From an uncultured Gemmataceae bacterium (GTDB lineage: Bacteria > Planctomycetota > Planctomycetia > Gemmatales > Gemmataceae), in assembly GCA_963750165.1 (NCBI GenBank), contig CAVVPN010000010.1:1-64000 (forward strand): DNA of 64,000 nucleotides. The letters are read 5' to 3'. Under the pieces are notes generated by a model. It did no database searches and was not told the DNA's origin. It saw only the letters and a list, made by a program, of their open reading frames with translations. Of this stretch, positions 18,628 to 28,154 are shown one piece after another; within the stretch, counting starts at the first letter, position 1; each line of letters opens with the position of its first letter. Both the position numbers and the translations under genes were made by a program.

Positions 18628-20457
18628 GTGTCCGCGCGTTACGTGGTCGGCGTTGACCTGGGGACGACGAACAGCGCCCTGACGTACATCGACGCCGGCG
18701 TCGAGCCCGATCAGGCCGTCACGCAGGTCTTACCGGTGCCGCAGGTGGTGCAGCCCGGGGCGGTCGAGCCGCGGCCGCTGTTGCCGTCGTTCCTGTATCT
18801 GCCAGGGCCCAAGGAGCAGCCGGCCGGCAGCCTGGCGCTGCCCTGGGACGCCGACCGCGACTACGCCGTTGGCGAGTTCGCCCGCAACTTTGGCAGCCAG
18901 GTGCCAACGCGCCTGGTCAGCTCCGCCAAGTCGTGGCTGTGTCACCCCGGCATCGACCGCCGCCAGCCGCTGCTGCCGTGGAAGGCCCCCGAGGGCGGTC
19001 GCCATGTCTCGCCGGTGCAGGCCAGCACGCACTACCTCAAACACCTCACAGAAGCCTGGAATCACCAGCTGGCGAAGGACGTGCCGGCCCACCGCCTGGA
19101 ACAGCAGGACATCGTGCTGACGGTGCCGGCGTCGTTCGACGCGGTGGCCCGCGAGCTGACGGTGGAGGCGGCGCGGGCGGCGGGGCTGGAGAACCTGACG
19201 CTGCTGGAGGAGCCGCAGGCCGCGTTTTATGCGTGGTTGGAGGCGCAGCACGAGGGCTGGCGCAAGCAGGTGGAGGTCGGCGACGTGGTGCTGGTGTGCG
19301 ACGTGGGCGGCGGCACCAGCGACTTCAGCCTGATCGCCGTCAGCGAGGAGTCCGGCAATCTGGCGCTGACGCGTGTGGCGGTCGGCGACCACATTTTGCT
19401 GGGCGGCGACAACATGGACCTGGCGCTGGCGCACGCGACCGCGGCCCGGCTGGGCGGCAAGCTCGACCTGGTGCAGATGCAGATGCTGACGTACAGCTGC
19501 CGGCAGGCAAAGGAAAAATTGTTCGCGGACCCGGCGGCGGCCAGCTTCCCGGTGACGGTTCTGGGCCGCGGCCGATCCGTGCTGGGCGGCACCCTCAAGG
19601 GCGAGGTGACGCGGGCGGAACTGGAGAAAATCCTGCTGGACGGCTTCTTCCCGCAGGTGGGCCTGGACGCGGAGCCGCAGCGGGCGCGGACGGTGGGCTT
19701 GCAGGAACTGGGGCTGCCGTACGTGCAGGACGCGGCGGTGACGCGACACCTGGCGCACTTCCTGCACCGGCACGCGGACGTGCTGGAGCGGACGGTGACG
19801 TCGAAGAAGAAGGCGACGAAGGTGACGCTGCCGAGCGCGGTGCTGTTCAACGGCGGCGTGCTGAAGGCGGACCCGATCCGGCAGCGGCTGGTGGATTTGC
19901 TGAACCGCTGGCGCAAGGAGCAGGGGGCGGGTCCGGTGAAGGAACTGGGCGGCACGGACCTGGACCTGGCGGTGGCGCGGGGGTCGGCGTACTACGGGCT
20001 GGTGCGGCGCGGCCGCGGGGTGCGCATCCGCGGCGGCACGGCGCGGGCGTACTACCTGGGGTTCCACAAGCCCGGCCCGGCGGTGCCCGGCTACACGCCG
20101 CCGCTGAGCGCGTTGTGCGTGGCGCCGTTCGGCATGGAAGAGGGCAGCGAGGTCGATGTGCCGGGCCAGGAGTTTTACCTTGTGGTGGGCGAGCCGGTGG
20201 AGTTCCAGCTGCTCGGCAGTTCGGTGCGGCGCGGCGACACGGCGGGGGTGATCGTGGAGGAGTACGACGGCGAGATCGAGCGGCTGAGTCCGCTGACGAC
20301 GACGCTGACGGCGGGCAAGGACAAGCAGCAGGGTCGCAGCGTGCCGGTGCATCTGCACAGCAAGGTGACGGAGATCGGCACGCTGGAGTTGTGGTTCTAC
20401 GGGCGGGACGGCAAGGACCAGTGGAAGCTGGAGTTCAACGTGCGGGAGCACGAGTGA
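18628..20457 (+). CDS. Hsp70/DnaK-like protein
   Basis: GVDLGTTNS, LTVPASFD, DVGGGTSD, LLGGDNMD. Confidence 0.9.
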   Translation: MSARYVVGVDLGTTNSALTYIDAGVEPDQAVTQVLPVPQVVQPGAVEPRPLLPSFLYLPGPKEQPAGSLALPWDADRDYAVGEFARNFGSQVPTRLVSSAKSWLCHPGIDRRQPLLPWKAPEGGRHVSPVQASTHYLKHLTEAWNHQLAKDVPAHRLEQQDIVLTVPASFDAVARELTVEAARAAGLENLTLLEEPQAAFYAWLEAQHEGWRKQVEVGDVVLVCDVGGGTSDFSLIAVSEESGNLALTRVAVGDHILLGGDNMDLALAHATAARLGGKLDLVQMQMLTYSCRQAKEKLFADPAAASFPVTVLGRGRSVLGGTLKGEVTRAELEKILLDGFFPQVGLDAEPQRARTVGLQELGLPYVQDAAVTRHLAHFLHRHADVLERTVTSKKKATKVTLPSAVLFNGGVLKADPIRQRLVDLLNRWRKEQGAGPVKELGGTDLDLAVARGSAYYGLVRRGRGVRIRGGTARAYYLGFHKPGPAVPGYTPPLSALCVAPFGMEEGSEVDVPGQEFYLVVGEPVEFQLLGSSVRRGDTAGVIVEEYDGEIERLSPLTTTLTAGKDKQQGRSVPVHLHSKVTEIGTLELWFYGRDGKDQWKLEFNVREHE

Positions 20458-20458
20458 C

Positions 20459-20821
20459 ATGCTGGCGACGAAAGCGAGTTCGTGGTGGTGGGCGCTGCTG
20501 CGGCAGCGCTGCCCGAGCTGCCGCGCCGGCCGCATCTTCGCCGGCTCGACGAAGATGAACGCGCGCTGCCCCGTGTGCGACCGGCAGTTCGAGCGCGAGC
20601 CAGGCTACTTCATGGGCGCCCTCTACGTCAGCTACGCGCTGAGCATGGCCATCCTCGGCGCCATGACTTATGTGGGGTCGCTGTTGTTGCCGGAGTGGAA
20701 TTTGGGCAACGTCGTGCTGGTGGCGGCGGTGTGCTACATCCCGCTGATGCCGTGGGTGTTTCGCATGGCCCGCGTCATCTGGATCTATTACGATTATTGG
20801 GTGTGGCCGAGCAATCGGTGA
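20459..20821 (+). CDS. DUF983-like membrane protein
   Basis: RCPSC..CPVC..FEREPGYFMGA plus two TM helices. Confidence 0.75.
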   Translation: MLATKASSWWWALLRQRCPSCRAGRIFAGSTKMNARCPVCDRQFEREPGYFMGALYVSYALSMAILGAMTYVGSLLLPEWNLGNVVLVAAVCYIPLMPWVFRMARVIWIYYDYWVWPSNR

Positions 20822-20847
20822 TGTCTTGGTTCGTAGTACCGTCTTTA

Positions 20848-21016
20848 GAGATCGTCCAGCTTTCAAGTGTTGAAAAATAAGGAGTTACGGCGAGCCGGGT
20901 GGCCCAAAATGGGGTGGAGGGGGGGGCCGCGGCCACCTGAACAAAAAGCTCCTGCCAGGACGTAAACCTCTTGCCATAAACCCTTTCCCTGCAACACTTG
21001 AAAGCTGGACGATCTC
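20848..21016. mobile_element. 169-bp MITE with 25-bp TIRs, inserted in a REP loop
   Basis: GAGATCGTCCAGCTTTCAAGTGTTG / CAACACTTGAAAGCTGGACGATCTC; flanking TTTA duplication. Confidence 0.85.
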
Positions 21017-21160
21017 TTTAGGCGGTACTACGAACCAGGGAATTGAAGAGGACCGAGTGAAAAAACCCTAGCCGAACCTTGTCCTGCCTAGAAAGAAGCG
21101 CGGGGTGCTTCGATACTGTGATTGAAAGTTGGATCAGGTACAACTTCCTGAGGGAAATTC

Positions 21161-21589
21161 ATGGCCGCAGCAACGCCACCTGCCTTCTTTCTTTACCGCT
21201 CTGATGCGGGTGTCACAATCTCCTGGAATGGGGAGAGGCCTGAAACGAGCCAAGAAGCCGAATGGTCGAAGGAATACACTGCCCACTCTGAAAAAGTGCT
21301 CGGGAAACCGTTTGACCCGAAAGAGGTACCCGGCAAGTGTGCTGTGATCCTCGACGTGCCCGGATTGGTCAGTTTTCTTACAAAAGCCGGGGTTTTGCTT
21401 CACGCTCCGAAAGGGCGATTGAGAACTCAGGTGGGTTGTTCTACCATCATCGGCGGTCATCCGATGTCCGGCCTGTTTTGGACGAGGGCAACGGATGGTC
21501 TCGATGGTATGGATGGAATCGGCCCTGAAGGAGGTGGTTTCATCCTTGTTCCTGAAGCCTTACTGCGTCCGACTTTTCTAAAGACATAA
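21161..21589 (+). CDS. Lower-GC hypothetical protein, 3' end abutting an IS630 fragment
   Basis: 142-aa ORF; no family recognised. Confidence 0.35.
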   Translation: MAAATPPAFFLYRSDAGVTISWNGERPETSQEAEWSKEYTAHSEKVLGKPFDPKEVPGKCAVILDVPGLVSFLTKAGVLLHAPKGRLRTQVGCSTIIGGHPMSGLFWTRATDGLDGMDGIGPEGGGFILVPEALLRPTFLKT

Positions 21590-21963
21590 CGGGACGCCTG
21601 CATCCATGATGAAGGAGGCCAGGAGGCAAGGCTGGTGCTTGAGATCATCCAGGGCGTTCCAGACGGCCTCGAAGAGATCGTCCACGTCCGCCGGACACAG
21701 GTTGCACAGCTTGCCGTACTTCGTCCAACTCCACACCCACTCATCCGGATCGTTCTGCGGGTCATGCGCGGGGAAGTCCTCGACCACCAATCGGGGGTGC
21801 TCCGCCAGCCAGGCTTTGACTGCCTTCGATTTGCTGTGGATGTTGTTGCGGTCCCACACCACCGTCCACGCCCCGGGCACCTGGTCCGTCAGGTACTCCA
21901 GGAAATCCACGACCTCTTCGCCGCGGAAGTTCTGGTTGAGCAGTAAGTAGAAATACAGCCCGA
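21578..21963 (-). pseudogene. IS630-family transposase, C-terminal fragment
   Basis: VVWDRNNIH, FPAHDPQNDPDEWVW; homologous to 30453-30965. Confidence 0.85.
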
Positions 21964-22466
21964 CGACTGGCTGCGCTGCGTCAAGGGCGGCGACGGCGCC
22001 CGCCTGTCCGCCGAGTACCGTTCCCTGCCCGCCGCCTCCCTCGACCTGCCCGTCGAGCAGAAGGCCACCCTGAACACGCAGACCGGCACCGCCGGCGGCT
22101 ACCTGGTCCCCGACGAGTTCCTGCCCCGCCTCATGGCCGCCGTCTACCGCGCCATCGTCTGGCCGCGGGCCTTGGTCGTCCCCATGTCCAGCGCCTCCCT
22201 GGACGTGCCGATCCTCAACCACACCACGGCGCCGGCCACCGGCAACACCGCCTTCTCCGGCGGCGTTATCGCCTACTGGCAGGAGCAGGGCAACGCCTTG
22301 CAGGAGTCCGAACCCGCCTTCAACCAGGGCAAGCTGATCGCCCGCGACCTGATTGGCTACGCCATCTTGTCCAACGCCTTGCTGGAGGACATGGGCCGCC
22401 CGATGGAGTCCTATCTGCTGCGTCTTCGGCGACGCGCTGGCCTGGTTCCTGGACTACGCCTTCCTC
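21961..22466 (+). pseudogene. HK97-type phage major capsid protein fragment
   Basis: TGTAGGYLVPDEF, VIAYWQEQG..ESEPAF, SNALLED, FGDALAWFLDYAFL. Confidence 0.8.
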
Positions 22467-22551
22467 GGCTTCCGTCTCGCCCAAGTTCCGTCCGGCTCAT
22501 AGGAAAGCAAGCAAGGTGCCCGGAGCGGAGGCCGGTCCCTCGTTGCCGTTT

Positions 22552-22866
22552 TCAGAGAATCTCGATCGGGTAGGACGCGATGTAAATTTCCAGTTGCTGA
22601 AAGCGTTCGCACAGGACCGGCTTGTAGTTCAAGAAGAACTGGCGCGTTTCGGGCACGTCTTCGACATCGACGACCACCCGGCGCAGATCGTCCTCATAGC
22701 GAACGCCTTCGTGAATCCAGGTCCCCTGCACCACGCCGGGCTGAAGCGCAACGGCGTCAAAACGGGCCACCAGTTCCTCGCGGGTCTGGTAGATTTTCTC
22801 GTCCTCCACGGCGCGGCCGTCGTTATACCTGAGCGGCAGAAGCATCTCGTAGCGCCTTTTCTGCAT
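22552..22866 (-). CDS. Conserved hypothetical protein, gene B of an overlapping pair (putative TA)
   Basis: RRYEMLLPLRYNDG...ERFQQLEIYIASYPIEIL. Confidence 0.75.
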   Translation of the reverse strand: MQKRRYEMLLPLRYNDGRAVEDEKIYQTREELVARFDAVALQPGVVQGTWIHEGVRYEDDLRRVVVDVEDVPETRQFFLNYKPVLCERFQQLEIYIASYPIEIL

Positions 22867-23050
22867 AATCGAGGCCCCCACGGCCCAGTTCCTGGTAACG
22901 GATGCCGAGTTTGGCCAGCAACTCCAGGGCGGGTTCCGGCACGATGTACACGTCGTCCGCAAAGCACAGGATACGGCCCCGGCCGCTCATTTCCACCAGC
23001 GCCCGGGCGCTCTCCTTCTTGTCGGGAATCTGCAGTTTAACCATTTGCAT
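22823..23050 (-). CDS. Small hypothetical protein, gene A of the pair
   Basis: 75 aa; overlaps gene B by 44 bp; homologous relic at 51345. Confidence 0.7.
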   Translation of the reverse strand: MQMVKLQIPDKKESARALVEMSGRGRILCFADDVYIVPEPALELLAKLGIRYQELGRGGLDYAEKALRDASAAQV

Positions 23051-23141
23051 GACAGCACCCGAGTTGTATGAAATTCTCCCCTGAGTGATTCTATCGCGGT
23101 TCTCGACCCAACAACAGAGGACCCGGAAAAACGGGGCGGCA

Positions 23142-23465
23142 ATGAAGCGCGCGGGCAACCTGTTTGACGCCGTGGTGGACCGCGACAACTTGCGGCTGGC
23201 GTTCTACCAGGCCAGCCGCGGCAAACGCGCCCGGCCCGAGGTGCGCGACTTCGCCGACCATTTCGAGGAGCGGTTGGCGGAGATGGCGGCCCGGTTGCAC
23301 GCCGGGACAATCCCGGCGGGCCAGTTCCGGCAATTCGTCATCCACGACCCGAAGGAGCGCGTCATCACCGCGCCGTGCTTTCCGGAGCGGGTGCTGCACC
23401 ACGCGCTGATGAACGTCGGCGAGCCGCACCTGGACCGCTGGCTGATCGCGGACACGTTCGCCTGC
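23142..23465 (+). pseudogene. DGR-type reverse transcriptase, N-terminal fragment
   Basis: MKRAGNLF..NLRLAF..ASRGKR, DPKERVITAPCFPERVLHHAL, DTFAC, then homology stops (no YxDD). Confidence 0.8.
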
Positions 23466-23768
23466 ACAGGGGCGGTGCAGGCGGGCCGCCCGCACTACGG
23501 GAACCGGGTCGCTGGTTGGCACTGGTTGGGGTGCGGACCTTCTCCGCCCGGACGTGGCACGAGCTGGCCCACGGGGGGGTGGGCTTTGCTACGCAACTCG
23601 TTTTTCGCGGTACGCCTCGGTAACGTTCCGTGACGAACGGGACCAACCGCGGGACGAAATTACATTACGTATCAAAGCCGGGGGGGGGTGTGGGGCAGCG
23701 TGAGATGAAACGCTAAGCCAAGGAACTATCAGGGGTTATTTCATCTCGCGACCGTGAGATGAATCCGG

Positions 23769-26700
23769 TCAAGGGCCGCCCGCCACCACTTTGAGCAGCA
23801 CCGACTTCGCCGCGTGCTCGGTGTTCTTGCCCTCGCGCCGCGCCAGCACCACGAACGGCCGCTCCTGCGCCGCCACCCACGGCTCCGCGTACAGCACCAC
23901 CGTCCGCGTCGTCTCGCGCTCGGTGATGAGGATGCCGTTCAGGCCGATGTCCAGCACGCGGACGCCGTGCGGCAACCCGCGCACGTCCAGCGGCACTCGG
24001 CCCGTGAAGCCGTTGCGCCGCTCGATGCGCACCCGCATCTTCGCCTCGCCGCCCGGCCTGAGCGTCACCACGTCCTCCAGCGTCACCGTCACCAGGTCGC
24101 CCGCCGCCTTCGTCGTCACCGGCCCCACCGCGACCGTCTTGACGACCTTCTGCCCGTCAATGACCGCCTCCGCAACCAGCTGCAGCGGCGACGTCGCCTT
24201 CGCGGTGGCGTCCGCCCACAGCGCAAAAGTCGTGCTGTTCTCATCGACGCCGATGGCGGTCGCCGGCGCGGCGAACCCGGCCGGCACCTTGTCCAGCCGC
24301 ACCTTGATTTCGCCGTCGAAGCCGTCGAGGCGCTCGGCGTTCACCGTCACCGGCACGGCGCCGCCGAGCCACACCGCCGGCTTGCTCGGGCTGACGCTGA
24401 CGTTGAAGCCCGGCCGCGGCGGCCGCACCGTCAGGCGGTAGGCGTAGGCCGGGCCGCCCTGGCCGCGCGAGTCGGTGATGCGCACCTGGTAGTCGCCGTC
24501 CGCCGGCGGGTCGAAGAACAGCCGTGCGTCGCGGCCGTAGCCGGGGCCGCCGTCGTCGTTGCGGTAATAGAGCGTCACCACCGGGAAGCCGTTCGGCGGG
24601 AATTTCGTGCCCGGCGGGTGAATCGCCACCTTGTACATCGGCGTGCCGTTGGCATGGTGCGTCGGCGTCGTGTCCAGGTAGCCGACGCGCTGGCCGCCAG
24701 CGCTGAAGAAGTTGCAATCCGCGTCCGGGTTGAGCGGCAGCGCCTTGATGCGCAGCAGCTCGCCGCCGACGTATAAATAATCGTTCATCGCCAGCTCGTT
24801 CCAGTTGTCGAGGCGGATGCCGGCGGTCACCGAGTCGTGATCGCGGAAGGTGACGTGCGTCCGGGCCAGGCTGCGCAGCGTCGCCCGCGGAATCGGCTGC
24901 CCCTTGCCGTCGAGGATGTCAATGGCCGAGTCCAGCGGCGAACCGAGGCGGCGGGCGTTGACCTCCACGATTAACCGCTGCCCCTTCTTCGCGCTAAAAC
25001 GCCAGACGTGCGCCGCCCCCGGTTCCGCCAGGACGCCGTTGCCGGTGCCGGGCGTCGGCAGTTGCCCGCCGGCTTTGCCGACGACCTCCGGGAACTCGCC
25101 GACGATCAGCGTGCGCAGGCCCAGCGGCGTCTCGCGCAGCTGCGGCAGTGGCAGCGGCAACCGGGCGCCGACGGCCGCGTCCGGGGCCGCCGCCAGCCGC
25201 ACCGACTTCAGGCCGCCGAGGTGGACGCCCTGCAGCTGCACGTCCGCCGTGGTGCCGCGCTGCAGGCCGAGCGGGAACACCGACGTGACCACCGGCACGG
25301 CGCCGACGTTGAGCTTGTACGTCATGCCCGGGCCGCCGCGGTAGTCGCGGTCGCGCACGCCCAGCGCGTACACGCCCGCTTTCGGACAGGTGTAGCCCAG
25401 CACGCCGTCGCCGCCCTCCGCCACGACGCGGCCGCTGGCCACGTCGATGATTTGCAGGAACGGCTCCAGTTTCGAGCCGATTTCCTTCGTCAGCGCCTGA
25501 ACGCCGACCTCCGCGCCGGCCTTCGCCGTGAAGCGGTAGAAGTCCACGTCGCCGGTCTTGCCGAGGGCGCCGACCAGCGTGGCCGACAGCGCGACCCACT
25601 GGCCGGTGCCGGGCGAGTCGTTCGGCTCCACTTCCCGGATGACGCCGAAGCGCTCCTTTGCCGCCGGCTGCGGCTTGAGCGGCAGCGGCTGCGCCTGCAC
25701 CTTGCCGTCGGCCGCGTCCACCAGCAGCAGCGCCCCGTCGTAGCGGCCCAGGGCCAGCTGCTTGCGGTCGGGCCGCACCGCCAGCGCCAGCACCGCCTCG
25801 GGCTGCCGGTTGTGTACGCGCCGCTCCGCCAGCGTCCGCGGGTCCCACGCCTTGACGGTGCGGTCCTCGCCGAGCGAGTACAGCGTTTGGCCGTCCGCCG
25901 CGTAGACCAGGCGCGTCACCGCCGCCTCGTGGGCGAAGACCGACTGCACCAGCTTGGCCCCGTCGGCGCCGGCCTGCCAGACGCGGAGGCTCTTATCGAC
26001 GCCGGCCGCCGCCAGGTGCTTGCCGTCCGGCGACCAGGCGACGGCGTACACCCAGTCGTTGGCCTCGCTCAGCGTGTACAGCAGTTTGCCGTCGGCGACC
26101 CGGCAGACCTTGACGGCCCGGTCCGCGGCCGCGGACGCCAGCAGCGTGCCGTCCGGGCTGAAGGCGACGCCATACACCGCGTCGCTGTGCTCCTTCAGCG
26201 TCCGCAGCCGCTGGCCGCCGGCCACGTCCCACAGGTGGACGAGGCGGTCGTAGCCGCAGGTCGCCAGGGTCTGGCCGTCGGGGCTGAACGCCAGGTCGTG
26301 AATGAGGTCGGCGTGCGCCGCCAGCACGCGCTCCGGCTTCGCGCGGTCCGCGGGCGGGCCGTCGAGGCGGTACAGCCGCACCTCGCCGGAGACGCCGCTG
26401 ACGCCGCTGGCGACCGCGAGCCGTTTGCCGTCCCGGCTGAACGCCAGCGCCGTCACGGCCCCGGTCTGGCCCGGCAGCTTGCCGACCAGCGCCCCGGAGG
26501 CGTCGAGCAGCAGCGCCTCCTGGTAGCCGCCGGCGGCCAGCATTTTCCCGTCGGGCCGGTAGGCGACGGCGGCGACGGGCGGGGCGGCCGGCACGCGCGG
26601 CTTGATCTCGGGCAGGACCGACTTGACCTCGGCGCTGTCGTCCCTGGCGCCGGCGGCGACCCAGGCCCGCAGCCGGGCGATTTCCGCGGCCCTGGGCTGC

Positions 26701-26996
26701 CGGGCGGTCTTGGGCGGCATTTTCGGCGTGTCCTTGCCCTCGATCAGCAGCACCAGTGTGCTGTCATCGGCCTTGCCCGGCGTGACCACCGCGCCCGCAT
26801 CGGAACCATCCCGCAGGCCCTTGTACGTCTCCAGGTTGAGGCCGGATTTGGCCTCCTTGCTGTTGTGGCACTCCAGGCAGTACTTCGCCAGGAACGGCTT
26901 GACGTGGCGGGCGTAGCTGGGCGCGTCCTGGGCGGACACCGCTCCGGCCAGGGCGAGCAGCAACGTCAAACCAAGGGTGGGTCGCACGGCGGTCAT
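23769..26996 (-). CDS. Planctomycete cytochrome-c domain + WD40 + PPC-domain secreted protein
   Basis: Signal peptide, CLECH, WD40 repeats (FSPDG), EVEPNDS and PPC motifs. Confidence 0.9.
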   Translation of the reverse strand: MTAVRPTLGLTLLLALAGAVSAQDAPSYARHVKPFLAKYCLECHNSKEAKSGLNLETYKGLRDGSDAGAVVTPGKADDSTLVLLIEGKDTPKMPPKTARQPRAAEIARLRAWVAAGARDDSAEVKSVLPEIKPRVPAAPPVAAVAYRPDGKMLAAGGYQEALLLDASGALVGKLPGQTGAVTALAFSRDGKRLAVASGVSGVSGEVRLYRLDGPPADRAKPERVLAAHADLIHDLAFSPDGQTLATCGYDRLVHLWDVAGGQRLRTLKEHSDAVYGVAFSPDGTLLASAAADRAVKVCRVADGKLLYTLSEANDWVYAVAWSPDGKHLAAAGVDKSLRVWQAGADGAKLVQSVFAHEAAVTRLVYAADGQTLYSLGEDRTVKAWDPRTLAERRVHNRQPEAVLALAVRPDRKQLALGRYDGALLLVDAADGKVQAQPLPLKPQPAAKERFGVIREVEPNDSPGTGQWVALSATLVGALGKTGDVDFYRFTAKAGAEVGVQALTKEIGSKLEPFLQIIDVASGRVVAEGGDGVLGYTCPKAGVYALGVRDRDYRGGPGMTYKLNVGAVPVVTSVFPLGLQRGTTADVQLQGVHLGGLKSVRLAAAPDAAVGARLPLPLPQLRETPLGLRTLIVGEFPEVVGKAGGQLPTPGTGNGVLAEPGAAHVWRFSAKKGQRLIVEVNARRLGSPLDSAIDILDGKGQPIPRATLRSLARTHVTFRDHDSVTAGIRLDNWNELAMNDYLYVGGELLRIKALPLNPDADCNFFSAGGQRVGYLDTTPTHHANGTPMYKVAIHPPGTKFPPNGFPVVTLYYRNDDGGPGYGRDARLFFDPPADGDYQVRITDSRGQGGPAYAYRLTVRPPRPGFNVSVSPSKPAVWLGGAVPVTVNAERLDGFDGEIKVRLDKVPAGFAAPATAIGVDENSTTFALWADATAKATSPLQLVAEAVIDGQKVVKTVAVGPVTTKAAGDLVTVTLEDVVTLRPGGEAKMRVRIERRNGFTGRVPLDVRGLPHGVRVLDIGLNGILITERETTRTVVLYAEPWVAAQERPFVVLARREGKNTEHAAKSVLLKVVAGGP

Positions 26997-27078
26997 GATT
27001 CGCCCCGCAAACAAAGCCTGAAGGACCGGATTTGATGGGTAGTGTAGCAACCGGAGCCGGTCGGGGCCGCGCGGACTC
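26988..27078 (-). repeat. Promoter/5'UTR/start of the WD40 gene; diverged duplicate at 28031-28121
   Basis: 91 bp, 9 mismatches by manual alignment; contains TACACT -10-like hexamer and ATGACCGCC. Confidence 0.9.
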
Positions 27079-27248
27079 ATGGTAGCGTCCCCGGTTTCTG
27101 ACTGAGCCGCCCGGTTGACACCTTTTCCAGGTGGGAGGATAATTGGGTGATTGAGGATGACAGGCGCTAATAACGCCTGACCTTCGGGGAAGCGAATGCA
27201 AAAAATGAACCGGCACCGATGTTCCGACCTTTTTTTCGGAGATGAACG

Positions 27249-27590
27249 ATGATTTTACCGGACTTTTTGACTCGGGACCAGTTCGGCGAGATTTCTCTGA
27301 CGGGCCATCGGATCGGTTTGTACACGCTTGTGCGCTGCTACCAGGCCGGTGCCGCCCGGGAGCAGATCGCAGCGCAACTTCCTTCCCTGCCCCTGGACCT
27401 GATCGACGCGGTGCGCGTGTTCTACCTGGAGAACCAGGTCGAAGTGGACGCCTATGTGAAAGCCTGCGCGGCGGAGATTGAGCGCCAGGCATCGTTGCCG
27501 CCCGGGCCTGGGGTGCGCAAGGTCCGGCAACTCCTGGAAACCCGACAGTCCAGCCCCCCGGCAACCGGCGGCCGGAAGGAGACCGCCTGA
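27249..27590 (+). CDS. DUF433 antitoxin-like protein
   Basis: LTGHRIGLYTLV..GAAREQIAAQLPSLPL. Confidence 0.85.
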   Translation: MILPDFLTRDQFGEISLTGHRIGLYTLVRCYQAGAAREQIAAQLPSLPLDLIDAVRVFYLENQVEVDAYVKACAAEIERQASLPPGPGVRKVRQLLETRQSSPPATGGRKETA

Positions 27591-27593
27591 GCC

Positions 27594-27962
27594 ATGCCGC
27601 TGCGCTTTTTGCTGGATGAGAATCTCCGCGGCGCGTTGTGGTCTGCCCTGGAGCAGCACAACACGGTGGGGGTGGATGTCCTGGATGTCGTGCGGGTTGG
27701 CGATTTCCCCGACCTAGCCCTGGGGACCACCGATCCGGACATCCTGTGCTGGGCGCAGCGCGAGCATCGTCTGTTGGTGACGCTGGACAGGACGACCATG
27801 CCCGGATTCCTGAACCAGCACCTCCAAAGCGGACAACATTCGCCGGGGGTTTTGATTCTTCGCCCCGGTTGCCTTTTCCCTGAAGTGATTGAGTTTCTGG
27901 TGCTGGCCGCCTACGCCAGCGAACCGTCGGATTGGCTAGATCAAGTTCAGTACATTCCTTGA
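27594..27962 (+). CDS. DUF5615 PIN-like toxin
   Basis: LRFLLDENL, DPDILCWA, LVTLDR, HSPGV. Confidence 0.85.
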   Translation: MPLRFLLDENLRGALWSALEQHNTVGVDVLDVVRVGDFPDLALGTTDPDILCWAQREHRLLVTLDRTTMPGFLNQHLQSGQHSPGVLILRPGCLFPEVIEFLVLAAYASEPSDWLDQVQYIP

Positions 27963-28030
27963 GCAACTGGAGCAGGTTGACGCTGGCGACGGCCCGGCAG
28001 GCGGCTTGGATAAGCGCGCGCACCTGAGGG

Positions 28031-28121
28031 GGCGGTCATGGTTCGCCCCGCAAACAAAGCGTGATAGACCGGATTCGATGGGTAGTGTAGCGACCGGAGC
28101 CAGCCAGGGCCGCGCGGACTC
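28031..28121 (-). repeat. Orphan duplicate of the WD40 gene 5' region
   Basis: See 26988-27078; downstream sequence diverges after ATG ACC GCC. Confidence 0.9.
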
Positions 28122-28154
28122 GCAGGGCGTCTTAACGGGATAGATGAAGCTCAA

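Noticed and set aside
21961..22466. Intact prophage
   Set aside because: Only an internal capsid fragment; no terminase, portal or tail genes.
23085..23633. Functional retron, group II intron or active DGR
   Set aside because: RT homology ends after about 108 aa, before the catalytic YxDD; no TR/VR pair or intron domain V seen.
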